DNA of 64,000 bases from a virus, in the IMG/VR virus record IMGVR_UViG_3300020153_000001, positions 1 to 64,000 of that record; one strand, given 5' to 3'. The notes beneath the pieces are model-generated. The model searched no databases, was not told where the DNA came from, and worked only from the letters and a program-made list of their open reading frames with translations. The position numbers and the translations under genes were made by a program. Below, one piece after another: positions 9,312 through 18,322 of this stretch (positions within the stretch are counted from its first letter, which is position 1; every line of letters begins with the position of its first letter).

Positions 9312-10175
9312 TTACTCCTCTAAGAGGGGTAACAAGGAACCCTTCGCCATGGCCGCCAACTTTTGACACTGTGCAAACATCTTACTCCGTTTTAACGACT
9401 TGAACTTTATGTTATATGATGACAGCATAGGTAACAGAGAATCACGCATCTCTTTCTCGCTAGGTGTAAGTCGCGATTTCTTATCGAATAAACTGCGCTC
9501 TATTCTTTTAACACTTCTCGAACCGCCTATTATGTTTATCGAAGAATGCACTGGAATGAATTTCAATACCTTACTTATTACCGACATATAAGCGTACGTA
9601 ACGGAAACGCGTGGCATATAGCCAACAAATTTTCCCATAACGACGTTGCGATCAACTAATAAGGCAGCCCAGCCCTTGATTGCATTTTTGCCCTTACCGT
9701 TGACGTGTATATACAAGTTATATGGTCTACCATCGTTAGACGGTAGTAGATCTGAACCAATTTGCGATGCGAGCTGTCTAGACCGCTCTTTGTTTAGATT
9801 CGTTAGAGATTCGACAGTCGACATATTAAGCCTTTCAAACAGATCACTAGGTTCGTCGCCATTGCTATCAGGTACGCGAGAGCTCCTTGTAGTTTTTATT
9901 ATGATCCGCTTGCGATCTTCTATCTCAGAAGGCGTTGGTACTTTGTGTCGACGAAGTAGAGAAAGCTCTTCCGGCGTGACTTCGCCGAATTCGCTATGTA
10001 CGAGCTCGCGTAGCTTTGCATAACAACCATCTACCGATAGCTCTACTGATGATTTAATAAGATCCCTTAGATGCTTTTTATCTATGTTTAGTAGCTTACT
10101 TAGATGTGATATCTTCGTAGGGCCGTGTCGTCTAACATAGTCTTCAACGAAGAGCAGAGCGGTTTCGTCGTTCAT
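9312..10175 (-). CDS. N-terminal HTH-like region plus C-terminal degenerate RNase H-like domain
   Basis: C-terminus follows the RNase HI pattern (LYIHVNG..GWAALL..CQKLAAMA) without the catalytic acids. Confidence 0.55.
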   Translation of the reverse strand: MNDETALLFVEDYVRRHGPTKISHLSKLLNIDKKHLRDLIKSSVELSVDGCYAKLRELVHSEFGEVTPEELSLLRRHKVPTPSEIEDRKRIIIKTTRSSRVPDSNGDEPSDLFERLNMSTVESLTNLNKERSRQLASQIGSDLLPSNDGRPYNLYIHVNGKGKNAIKGWAALLVDRNVVMGKFVGYMPRVSVTYAYMSVISKVLKFIPVHSSINIIGGSRSVKRIERSLFDKKSRLTPSEKEMRDSLLPMLSSYNIKFKSLKRSKMFAQCQKLAAMAKGSLLPLLEE

Positions 10176-10195
10176 CGATCATCTCCCTTTCTAAC

Positions 10196-10639
10196 CTACG
10201 TATTACATTTCACGTCTAGCATACACGCATACGCAATCAGTAGAGCGTCGGCTGTCTGCTCTGTAATATCGGCAACATTAGGAAACAGATTCTGTGCTTT
10301 CTGTTTGGCCAGCTTCTTGTTACCTTTTGAAGAAAACCTAATACGTCTCTGCCATGCTACAGGCCTTATGCCATCAAACGGTATCTCTAAAGCGGTGAGG
10401 ACGCCTCTTAAGAAACCATAGTTTTTGCCAAACTTAAATGTCGACGCTACGCCCTGCCTCGGCATGGCGTGTACGTCTTCTATATAGCACATTATCGGAG
10501 CATATTCCTCCTTTATTCTGCAAAATAAGTCAAATATATCGCGCTCTGTCGACGGCATCCTGAAAACAACAGCTGACATGTTATCTAAAATTACGGCAAC
10601 AGCGCCGTTTTGACCAGGATCTATGCCAAGAACGCTCAT
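10196..10639 (-). CDS. ruvC: RuvC-like Holliday junction resolvase
   Basis: VLGIDPG, YIEDV, FKFGKNYG, PVAWQ and ADALLIA motifs; true start MSVLG at 10639. Confidence 0.85.
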   Translation of the reverse strand: MSVLGIDPGQNGAVAVILDNMSAVVFRMPSTERDIFDLFCRIKEEYAPIMCYIEDVHAMPRQGVASTFKFGKNYGFLRGVLTALEIPFDGIRPVAWQRRIRFSSKGNKKLAKQKAQNLFPNVADITEQTADALLIAYACMLDVKCNT

Positions 10640-10641
10640 TT

Positions 10642-10661
10642 TTTTGACTCCGGAGTCAAAA
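10642..10661. repeat. Palindrome copy 5 (perfect), immediately upstream of the ruvC ATG
   Basis: Read directly. Confidence 0.95.
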
Positions 10662-10702
10662 GTTCGTAGATTCTCACATAAATTGTGCACAAACAGCTAA
10701 AA

Positions 10703-10756
10703 AATTCAACGGCGGCCTGACTGATCCAACCGGGGACCAGCCAGGCCGCCTTTTTT
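10703..10756. terminator. Bidirectional terminator-like hairpin
   Basis: GGCGGCCTG...CAGGCCGCC stem (10711-10750) with T6 after it on the plus strand and TTGAATTTTTT on the minus strand. Confidence 0.55.
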
Positions 10757-10774
10757 CAATGTCGAATCAAATTT

Positions 10775-11296
10775 TTATGGATTTCTAACCTTTCTGTGTA
10801 GGATGTAAGACCGCGGTAGGGCACTCGCTAGCGCGCGAGGTACGGCCCCGTACGCGGCCTTTGTCGTATACGGGACTATTGGCGGAAATATTGGATCTCC
10901 GCCCGGGAAGGTCGGCAGCACGTAAGCGCTGATAGGGTGTCTTGCCCCCGCCTCGGCTGCCCGAACTACGAGCCGGGCCATAGATGACACATAGGTCCTA
11001 GACGGGTCCCACGACCAGACCTCCCCAATCATCCTGCGGTCTACGCCCTCGCCGATAGGGTACGGCTCCAGCCGGATGCCGTAACACCGGGCGAACCCGT
11101 CTGGAAAGACGGTGACCGCGCCGCAGTAGAGACCGCGGTCGTTCGTCCCGTGGGCGGGCCAATATAGCCCTGTCACGGGAGTCTTCAGGGTCTTCGTCCG
11201 TTCCTTCATTTCGTCGATGTACGACGGCAGCAGACCGATCTCCGCCGCTACTTCGTCATGAGTAACTTCTACTTCATTACGAATGGCGTCCGACAT
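10775..11296 (-). CDS. Hypothetical protein of anomalously high GC
   Basis: Start MSDAIRN (ATG 11296, AAGGAG). Sampled 60-nt lines are about 50-68% GC, against AT-richer neighbours. Confidence 0.7.
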   Translation of the reverse strand: MSDAIRNEVEVTHDEVAAEIGLLPSYIDEMKERTKTLKTPVTGLYWPAHGTNDRGLYCGAVTVFPDGFARCYGIRLEPYPIGEGVDRRMIGEVWSWDPSRTYVSSMARLVVRAAEAGARHPISAYVLPTFPGGDPIFPPIVPYTTKAAYGAVPRALASALPRSYILHRKVRNP

Positions 11297-11315
11297 TGTG
11301 AACTCCTTCACTACT

Positions 11316-11385
11316 TTGGCCAGGGCCTGGGTTCCTGGCCAAGCAAAAAAAATGTTGCCTTGCTTGCCCAGGCACAAGCAAGGCA
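11316..11385 (-). terminator. Two tandem hairpins; the first is followed by T8 (terminator)
   Basis: TGCCTTGCTTG/CAAGCAAGGCA (11356-11385), then ACATTTTTTTT on the minus strand, then TTGGCCAGG/CCTGGCCAA (11316-11342). Confidence 0.6.
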
Positions 11386-11470
11386 TTCCCTAGTTAAAAA
11401 ACGACAAAAAGTAAACCGGGAAGGCTACAAAGCCTTCCCAATATTAAATGCCAACATTTTAGGCAACTAT

Positions 11471-13183
11471 TTAGAGTTGTATGACAGTATCGAACGCCGA
11501 TTGTATGTCCTGACAATGGCTAATAACTAGTAGCTTAGTCCCCTCGTTACGACACGCATCTGCAACCTTTCGCATCAGATCCCTAAGAGCAGAGATCCTG
11601 GCGCTGTCTAGGAAGGCTGTGGGCTCGTCTAACGCAATAAATTTGAATCGACCACCTAAAAGCCTTAAAATAGCAAGCTTCATAGCGACAGATATCGCAA
11701 CACGCTGTCCGCCAGATAATAAATTATCTGGAAGTGTATTTGAACCGAACACGGCAGATAACACCATTGATCCGTCTCGGTAGCAGGCCTTAAATGGCGT
11801 CTCTAATACGTCTAGGTATTCGTTAATACTATCGACAAGATTGCCTAGGACGAACGCAGATGCCTGTGCCGATAAATTACGCCAATGGAAAACATCCCTG
11901 ATTTTGTTTATATAATCTCTCTTTTGCTGGTATTTGCCCATTTTTAGAAGCCGCCGCTTTCGGCTAAGTTCTTCATACGCTTTAGCGATTTCGTTCATAG
12001 TAGCATCTGTTTCGGCTACCAATTGCTCGGCGTCAAGATCACAAAGTTCGCCATCTTCCGGTAACAGAAACGTGCTTATTCTATTAGCCAACGTTGCAAT
12101 TTCCGACTCTAACAATTTGGCTCTATCGTCAAGCGTCGATAGCTCGACGCGTTTACTGGATTGCTCGTTCGTATGATAAGCTATAGAAGCTCGAAGATCA
12201 GCAAGTTTGTTGATAGTTGACCGATCAATGTCCTTTGGCATAAGGTGAGTTAGAAGGTCGGCAACGTGTTGTAGAACGTCAGCGATAGCTTTATATTCGC
12301 CATCAGCACAGCCTTTGCGCTTTATATCGTCAATGACAAGTGAGTATGCTTCCTGAAGTTTAACACTTGCCTCGACAGAAGCAGCTTCTGGCTCAATCTC
12401 CTTGATTTTTGATACAATCTCGGAAATGGCGGTATTTATATTGTCGAGCTCAGCCTGCTTTTTGACAATCTGCTGCTTAGTCGCAGCGAGTTCGCCGTCT
12501 TTGATGACCATGAGTCGATTAAGCTCTTCAATCCTAGCGCGATTCTTTGCTGCGTTTTGCTTTGCAATGGCCGCATTGCGCTTTGATTTAAGCTCACTTA
12601 GCCTACTACGAAGCTCAGTAAGCTTATGTTCTAACCGATCAAGCTCGACCTCATCGACAGGCTCTACTTTACCGTAGTCCGGATATTCAGAGAGCGCGTC
12701 GGTCAACCATTCGTATCTTGATTTAATGCCACTTACTCCTGGGATAAGAGAAGATAACATATTGACACGCTTCGATTCCGTACCCATAAAGAACTCACAC
12801 ATCATTTCCTGTCTTGCTAATAGAGTATCAATGGCCTCTTCGGAAATATCAAAGTAGTCGAGAATATATTTAGTCGCCGCAGAAGACCCAGAAATGGTGT
12901 TATCGATATGGCGAAGTTCGGCCTGACTTCCACGCCTTCCTATCTTTCGTCTTATGAAAATATCATCGTCACATATAAGCTCAACAACAGCCTCGTCACT
13001 TCCTATAGATATCGTATCTTTTAGATCTCCATAGACACATCCGGTAAGTGTAAAGCGGATAGCTTCCACGATGGTGCTCTTGCCGGCCCCATTCGGCCCT
13101 AAAACCAATGTCGCAGGACCAAACTCAATTCTTATATCTTTATGCTTTCTAAAGTTATGTAGCGTTAAGCTTTTCAAACTCAT
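11471..13183 (-). CDS. sbcC: SbcC/Rad50 (T4 gp46-like) recombination ATPase
   Basis: GPNGAGKST Walker A, coiled coil, LSGGQ signature, LDEPT Walker B/D-loop and SH switch. Confidence 0.92.
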   Translation of the reverse strand: MSLKSLTLHNFRKHKDIRIEFGPATLVLGPNGAGKSTIVEAIRFTLTGCVYGDLKDTISIGSDEAVVELICDDDIFIRRKIGRRGSQAELRHIDNTISGSSAATKYILDYFDISEEAIDTLLARQEMMCEFFMGTESKRVNMLSSLIPGVSGIKSRYEWLTDALSEYPDYGKVEPVDEVELDRLEHKLTELRSRLSELKSKRNAAIAKQNAAKNRARIEELNRLMVIKDGELAATKQQIVKKQAELDNINTAISEIVSKIKEIEPEAASVEASVKLQEAYSLVIDDIKRKGCADGEYKAIADVLQHVADLLTHLMPKDIDRSTINKLADLRASIAYHTNEQSSKRVELSTLDDRAKLLESEIATLANRISTFLLPEDGELCDLDAEQLVAETDATMNEIAKAYEELSRKRRLLKMGKYQQKRDYINKIRDVFHWRNLSAQASAFVLGNLVDSINEYLDVLETPFKACYRDGSMVLSAVFGSNTLPDNLLSGGQRVAISVAMKLAILRLLGGRFKFIALDEPTAFLDSARISALRDLMRKVADACRNEGTKLLVISHCQDIQSAFDTVIQL

Positions 13184-14253
13184 CAGCCCAACTCCTTGCT
13201 AATCTTGGCGCCGTTTTCTCCGAGGATATTTTGCACTATAGACCTGATCTCGGACGGACTAGATGCCGATAGTACGCTTTCAATATCTTTAAGGCGCGGA
13301 TCTCCGGAGTACATCCGTGTTATGACTTGCTTAATGTCGAAACAGCCAGACATTGTTCTGTCTATATGCTGATCCTCCTTTTTATCTTGTAACAATACAT
13401 GTATACACACGGCATGCATGGTAGAAACCGCCTTTAACACAGTACTATGCAACTCAGCCGGATATCGCAGAATACATGCCGGTGTTGATAACTGATCCGG
13501 CGTATCTTGTGACGGATTGAACGAATTGACTTCGCTGATGGCCTCGTCTAGCGCATCGGCGTCGCGTATTGTAAAATCAAACCATTTCCGCGAAGGTATT
13601 CGTATGCTCGAATAGGAAAGATCGTCATATATAGCCCAAATGCTGCACGTCTTTGGTTCGCTAAGCCGTTGTGGTGTTATAGCGCCCGGCGATAAAATCT
13701 TCGGTAGGTCGTCGCCAAGGTCGAACACTACGTGTTCATGCCAGTCGCCAGAAATGACCAGCTTTTTCTTAGCTAACGCCGGTAACGGATCTTGTATACC
13801 GAACGGCCAATTAGGTCGTTTCCAGTTCTGATGTGTCACAAGGACGTCGCAAGATATAGGAGAAAGAGGCTTATACGAAAAGTCCAGCCCGCCTATCCAT
13901 ATGTTTTCGACCACGTACGATGATAATATACCATTCAAATGAAAGGCACGGCCAATGGACGACAAGATTGGTACCTTATTAAGGTCGTGCTGGCCTTGTA
14001 CGAATAGCACGGCACAGCCCGCGTTTTCGCATTGATAAACAAAGCGGGCACATTTTGATAACGATTCACCGTTTACTGCCTTAGTATCAAATATGTCGCC
14101 AGCCAGGATAAAACATCTAGGACACAGTCGTTCGACTTCGCGCCATATAAGATCAATTAGTATGTCCACATCGTTTTTTAGCTCTAGAGGGATATGGCTC
14201 CTCACGTGATCTGAGATGTGCCAATCAGCCGACGCTAAAGCTAGTACCCTCAT
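13183..14253 (-). CDS. sbcD: SbcD/Mre11 (gp47-like) metallophosphoesterase nuclease
   Basis: ADWH, AGDIFD, GQHD, TH and GDWH motifs; adjacent to sbcC. Confidence 0.9.
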   Translation of the reverse strand: MRVLALASADWHISDHVRSHIPLELKNDVDILIDLIWREVERLCPRCFILAGDIFDTKAVNGESLSKCARFVYQCENAGCAVLFVQGQHDLNKVPILSSIGRAFHLNGILSSYVVENIWIGGLDFSYKPLSPISCDVLVTHQNWKRPNWPFGIQDPLPALAKKKLVISGDWHEHVVFDLGDDLPKILSPGAITPQRLSEPKTCSIWAIYDDLSYSSIRIPSRKWFDFTIRDADALDEAISEVNSFNPSQDTPDQLSTPACILRYPAELHSTVLKAVSTMHAVCIHVLLQDKKEDQHIDRTMSGCFDIKQVITRMYSGDPRLKDIESVLSASSPSEIRSIVQNILGENGAKISKELG

Positions 14254-15161
14254 CGTATCTCCTTAGAAACAGCGTACTTGTAAGTTGGCAATCGCGCAGT
14301 CATACCAATAATACCCAGTAATGTCTTTCCATTGATACTGGCCAGTTTGTCTTTACCTATGAAAGCTATAGAGTAATCACCTAATGTAATCAGTAAACCT
14401 TTACTAACCAGTACGCACGCGGCAAACGGCGTGTCAACGACTACAGGATAGTCCGACGAAAAGTCGATATATATCGTTCCGATCCAAGATTGGCAATGGA
14501 CGATGCACGCGTCGCCGACGCTATAGACAGTAGCACGACTATTAGTTGTTGGAACACGTCGATATAACCTGTCACCTGTTATGATGTCAACAAGCCCGTC
14601 GGATACAGCTACCAGCGATGTAGCCGATACCGGGTATAACAACCTATATCTGTCCGCATTTACGCCGCAAAACCTACCGACGACCTCGTCAGTTGTAGCG
14701 TCGATAACTAGAACGTCGTTTTTGCTGCCATCAATCGCGGTGTATATGCATCTGTCGCTGTTGAACGACACGACACGATAACGCAAACGTTTACGTACGC
14801 CATCTATAACAACGCTTTCGTACGCATCATGTCTGCAAAAGAAACATCGCTTCCGCGCGCTGTAGTCGATAGCGCTTTTGTCGTATCTAATATGCGCAAA
14901 GCCTGGAACCTCGACGACAAATGAAGGAGTTACACGCGGCACCTCAAACAGCAGAAAGTAACCATTCCTACCTTCGCAATATGCGTAGTCAGACCTGGCC
15001 AATATACTGTCAAAAAGCGTAAACCGCCATTCTGGCAGTTCAACAAGATAGATATCATAGTTTCTGGCTTGTCGTTCAACATAATACAGCCGCCCATCAA
15101 GACCTTCTACAAAATGTCTTGCCGACTTAGCATAGACCGGTAGCAACTGACATACATCCAC
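14250..15161 (-). CDS. Beta-strand-rich (beta-propeller-like) protein, family X
   Basis: Shares VEGxDGxLY and YPVSxxxxV with 16417-17367 and 17378-18322. Confidence 0.7.
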   Translation of the reverse strand: MDVCQLLPVYAKSARHFVEGLDGRLYYVERQARNYDIYLVELPEWRFTLFDSILARSDYAYCEGRNGYFLLFEVPRVTPSFVVEVPGFAHIRYDKSAIDYSARKRCFFCRHDAYESVVIDGVRKRLRYRVVSFNSDRCIYTAIDGSKNDVLVIDATTDEVVGRFCGVNADRYRLLYPVSATSLVAVSDGLVDIITGDRLYRRVPTTNSRATVYSVGDACIVHCQSWIGTIYIDFSSDYPVVVDTPFAACVLVSKGLLITLGDYSIAFIGKDKLASINGKTLLGIIGMTARLPTYKYAVSKEIR

Positions 15162-15177
15162 ATTTCCACCTCCCTTA

Positions 15178-15978
15178 TCAATTCATAGTAAGACAAACGT
15201 AGTGCTCGTCGTAAAAGTCCGGAACACTAACAACTAATGTATTGTTTGTTCCGACTATAGCGCTAATAACACTTCTAATATCTAGCATAAACAAACGAGG
15301 ATAGCCTGTGCTCGCGGTAAATACAGCACAGCCGTCCCTTGTCGCAGCGAATTCTGACACGCCATTTAATATAACGCTATTATTTGTCTTTGGGTCAATA
15401 ACATGCACTTTATTGCAGTCTTTAAGAATAACGCAGCCAAACATGACCGACACTTTGGACACGAAATCTGTATAAATATCCGCCTCCGCTATAGGCAAAA
15501 GGTTACTATCGCACAGCTGCAAGTTAACGCGCGGGATACAAACGCACAAGTTAACGACGCATGAAAGATCTGTTGAAAGCACGCAGTCGTGACGACCTAA
15601 AACTTCATAACTGTTACGAGCTACGTCGAGCACTAGCATGCTCTGTGCCGTTTCTATAAAGAACTTGTTGTCGATGACAGCAAACCTGCGAACCTCGGAA
15701 TCTATCTTAAACGGGAAATATATTTGTATTGTGTTAGACTCGCCGCCATTTATGCAGACACTGTCATTCTTGAGCATGAAAATTGTTTCGTGCAATGCGA
15801 AAAGCGCAAGCGCATCTTCCACCTTTTCATGTTCCCCAAACAGTTCTGGTGCAGATCGGAGAATCCCGCTATTGCCGACGCGACTAACGTTATCGCCGAT
15901 TAATACCTTTGACGTGGAACCGGCTACCCCATCGCTACGCGGCACGAAAGCTATTACCCCGTCTCGGCAGACGAACAT
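15178..15978 (-). CDS. Beta-strand-rich protein, family Y
   Basis: FVCRDGVI and AATRDGCAV resemble FVSRDGRI and AVTNDGYIA of 18319-19356. Confidence 0.65.
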   Translation of the reverse strand: MFVCRDGVIAFVPRSDGVAGSTSKVLIGDNVSRVGNSGILRSAPELFGEHEKVEDALALFALHETIFMLKNDSVCINGGESNTIQIYFPFKIDSEVRRFAVIDNKFFIETAQSMLVLDVARNSYEVLGRHDCVLSTDLSCVVNLCVCIPRVNLQLCDSNLLPIAEADIYTDFVSKVSVMFGCVILKDCNKVHVIDPKTNNSVILNGVSEFAATRDGCAVFTASTGYPRLFMLDIRSVISAIVGTNNTLVVSVPDFYDEHYVCLTMN

Positions 15979-15997
15979 AGATGCTACATTCTGGCAG

Positions 15998-16406
15998 TTA
16001 CGTATTCGTCAGACATAAGGAAGGCCTCAGATCGTAGGAGCTTGCTGAACCAAAACACTCGATCTGCACAACGGACTCAGAGCAATACTGCTGATATCGC
16101 CTGTTTCGAGCTGGCTGTTGGGTATTAAAGACCAGTTATTACCTATCACACTACAGACGGCTACTCCATCAGACAAAAGCACCACATCTTTTGCATTATA
16201 TATGGTACATACACTGTTATTCTGCGCCCGCTCTTTATAAATCCCATCTTGTCATCAAACAGTTGATAGATATGAATGATTTTGCGACCGCATAATTCGT
16301 ACAGACTATGATCTACCACGTCAAATAAATATATATGCCCGTCGTAGCCTTCTATGACTTCACCGACAAAGCTGAATACTTCGTGGTCGCGGCATGCTAG
16401 ACCCAT
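15998..16406 (-). pseudogene. Internally deleted, frameshifted family-X copy
   Basis: N-part VIEGYDGHIYLFD..KSGR. A second frame from about 16218 to 15998 reads VCTIYNAKDVVLLSDGVAV..NNWSLIPNSQL, matching the C-terminus of 16417-17367. Confidence 0.8.
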
Positions 16407-16416
16407 AACAGCTCTC

Positions 16417-17367
16417 CTATAACAGCAATGGCGCCTCGCTGATCAAGACCGCGGATCGACGCAAAGGACTGATAACAATATGATTAGCAGGCTCGGCGTC
16501 AAGTTGACTATATGGTATGATAAACCAGCTGTTGCCTGTCGCCGCAAGCACAGCTAGCCTATCAGATAGTAGTACAGCATTCTGTGCGTTATATATAGTA
16601 CAGATATTACCATCCTTCGTGTTGATGTATACTAAGCACGACAGCGTCACGTGTTTAATAGCATGTCTAACGAGAGCTTTAGCAATCACTCTATCTCGCC
16701 GACTAGCTATATTCCACGGCCGAAATCGGCTATCTCTAAGGACGATCTGATCGTTTTTGATTATCGTTATACCGTGGCAGCTAGATATGACTGTATCGGC
16801 CGACACAGGATAAACATAATCAAAACTCGACACGCTTACAGGCGATTTGATTTCGGAGACGAGAGCGCCGCTGACTAAGTCATATATCTTGATTAGTTTA
16901 TCGCCATTTAACGCGCCTACTAGCAGCCTATCAACGTTTACTGAATCGTTCTGTACTCGTACATCCAACCGTTGCTGTCTGGCAGGCCTACGACTATGGT
17001 CGACGCAAATAACGTAAGAACGACCATGGTCTGTCAAAACAGCCACAGTTCGTTCAGCGTTGTAGCCCATAAAGATATGTCCTGGCAGATATACCAGCCG
17101 CTTAGAAAACGCCGGTACTGTGCACACTCGCCACACATAGCGACTGGCAAACCTGCGCCTAGCTATATAACCATACCCGGCTTTAAAGCCCTCTAAGCTT
17201 TCGCTTTGTTGTTCATTAAATAGTTGCCCAATCAAAGTAGTGCTACGCCCGTCGAGCTCAAATATGTAACTGTATAGGTAATCGTAAAGGTATATATGTC
17301 CGTTGCTGCCTTCCACAATACTTCCAGCAAAACTAACGACCTCGTAGTCGTAACGTGTAATATTCAC
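16417..17367 (-). CDS. Beta-strand-rich protein, family X
   Basis: GTG start at 17367 after AGGAGGAG; IVEGSNGHIY and YPVSADTVI. Confidence 0.75.
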   Translation of the reverse strand: MNITRYDYEVVSFAGSIVEGSNGHIYLYDYLYSYIFELDGRSTTLIGQLFNEQQSESLEGFKAGYGYIARRRFASRYVWRVCTVPAFSKRLVYLPGHIFMGYNAERTVAVLTDHGRSYVICVDHSRRPARQQRLDVRVQNDSVNVDRLLVGALNGDKLIKIYDLVSGALVSEIKSPVSVSSFDYVYPVSADTVISSCHGITIIKNDQIVLRDSRFRPWNIASRRDRVIAKALVRHAIKHVTLSCLVYINTKDGNICTIYNAQNAVLLSDRLAVLAATGNSWFIIPYSQLDAEPANHIVISPLRRSAVLISEAPLLL

Positions 17368-17377
17368 CTTACTCCTC

Positions 17378-18322
17378 CTATATCGTATAAGACTGAGCGA
17401 CAATTACCGATGAACAGTTAGCCGGAGAGAATTCAATATAGCTGGCACGGTCTAATAGAGATCCGTCATCGTCGATGATACACCATGCTTTCGTCGATGC
17501 TAGCTGAACCGCCAATCCCCTTTTAACAGCGACAGCGTATCTTGCGCCGTCGATACAACAATACATGTTGCGACTGATATCCCCATAGATACACCGACGA
17601 TAGTACTTAAAATCGACAATCTTCGCTATATTTATGACAACGCGACCATCGACGTTGCTTAGGCTGGTTATATTAAAGCCAAACATACTAAAAATGATCT
17701 TGTCCGGCGAAAGAATGGTCGTACCGTAACGATTGTTACCATAGGCTCCGTACGCTATAACCACCGTTTCGGACAAAGGATACAAAAATCCGACGAACGA
17801 AATACCTAACCTCGATGGGTTGATTATTGTTATTCTGTTATTGACAATGTCGCTGATTTTAATCTTGTCGTTTGCGTAAGAGGCCGCAAGCATACGCGAA
17901 TCATTAATAGCGCCTAATCCGGCTATAAAACCAAGGTGGCGTATGTTTCGCCGCTTGCGCGTGCAGTCGAACAGCATAAGGTTGGACGATCCAGTGTCAT
18001 AAAGTATGGCTATTTTGCTATCAGAGTTGTAGCCGTACACTACCGCGTGCGGGACGCGTATATGAAAACATTCCATCGAAGGAATAGAATAGATCTTCCA
18101 GACGTGTCTATCGTGGTTGCTTAATAGAACAACATAACCGCGTCCTGACTTATAATATGCATAACCGCGCTCGACGCTATCGACGTAACACAGGCGGCAA
18201 TGTTCTCCTATCTTATATATAGCCCCATTCGACACATCGAGCGCGTAAAGCTCATCGTCTGTACCCTCGACGATAACGCCAGCGAAAGCGGGGCACATAT
18301 ATTGGTCGTGACGTAACGTCAT
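17378..18322 (-). CDS. Beta-strand-rich protein, family X
   Basis: IVEGTDDELY and YPLSETVVI. Confidence 0.75.
   Translation of the reverse strand: MTLRHDQYMCPAFAGVIVEGTDDELYALDVSNGAIYKIGEHCRLCYVDSVERGYAYYKSGRGYVVLLSNHDRHVWKIYSIPSMECFHIRVPHAVVYGYNSDSKIAILYDTGSSNLMLFDCTRKRRNIRHLGFIAGLGAINDSRMLAASYANDKIKISDIVNNRITIINPSRLGISFVGFLYPLSETVVIAYGAYGNNRYGTTILSPDKIIFSMFGFNITSLSNVDGRVVINIAKIVDFKYYRRCIYGDISRNMYCCIDGARYAVAVKRGLAVQLASTKAWCIIDDDGSLLDRASYIEFSPANCSSVIVAQSYTI

Noticed and set aside
10640-10690. ORF-track N-terminal extensions (ruvC to 10690, 21511, 29430, 34854, 63262 and others)
   Set aside because: Better SD-linked downstream starts exist, and the extensions overlap upstream genes or run through the palindrome.
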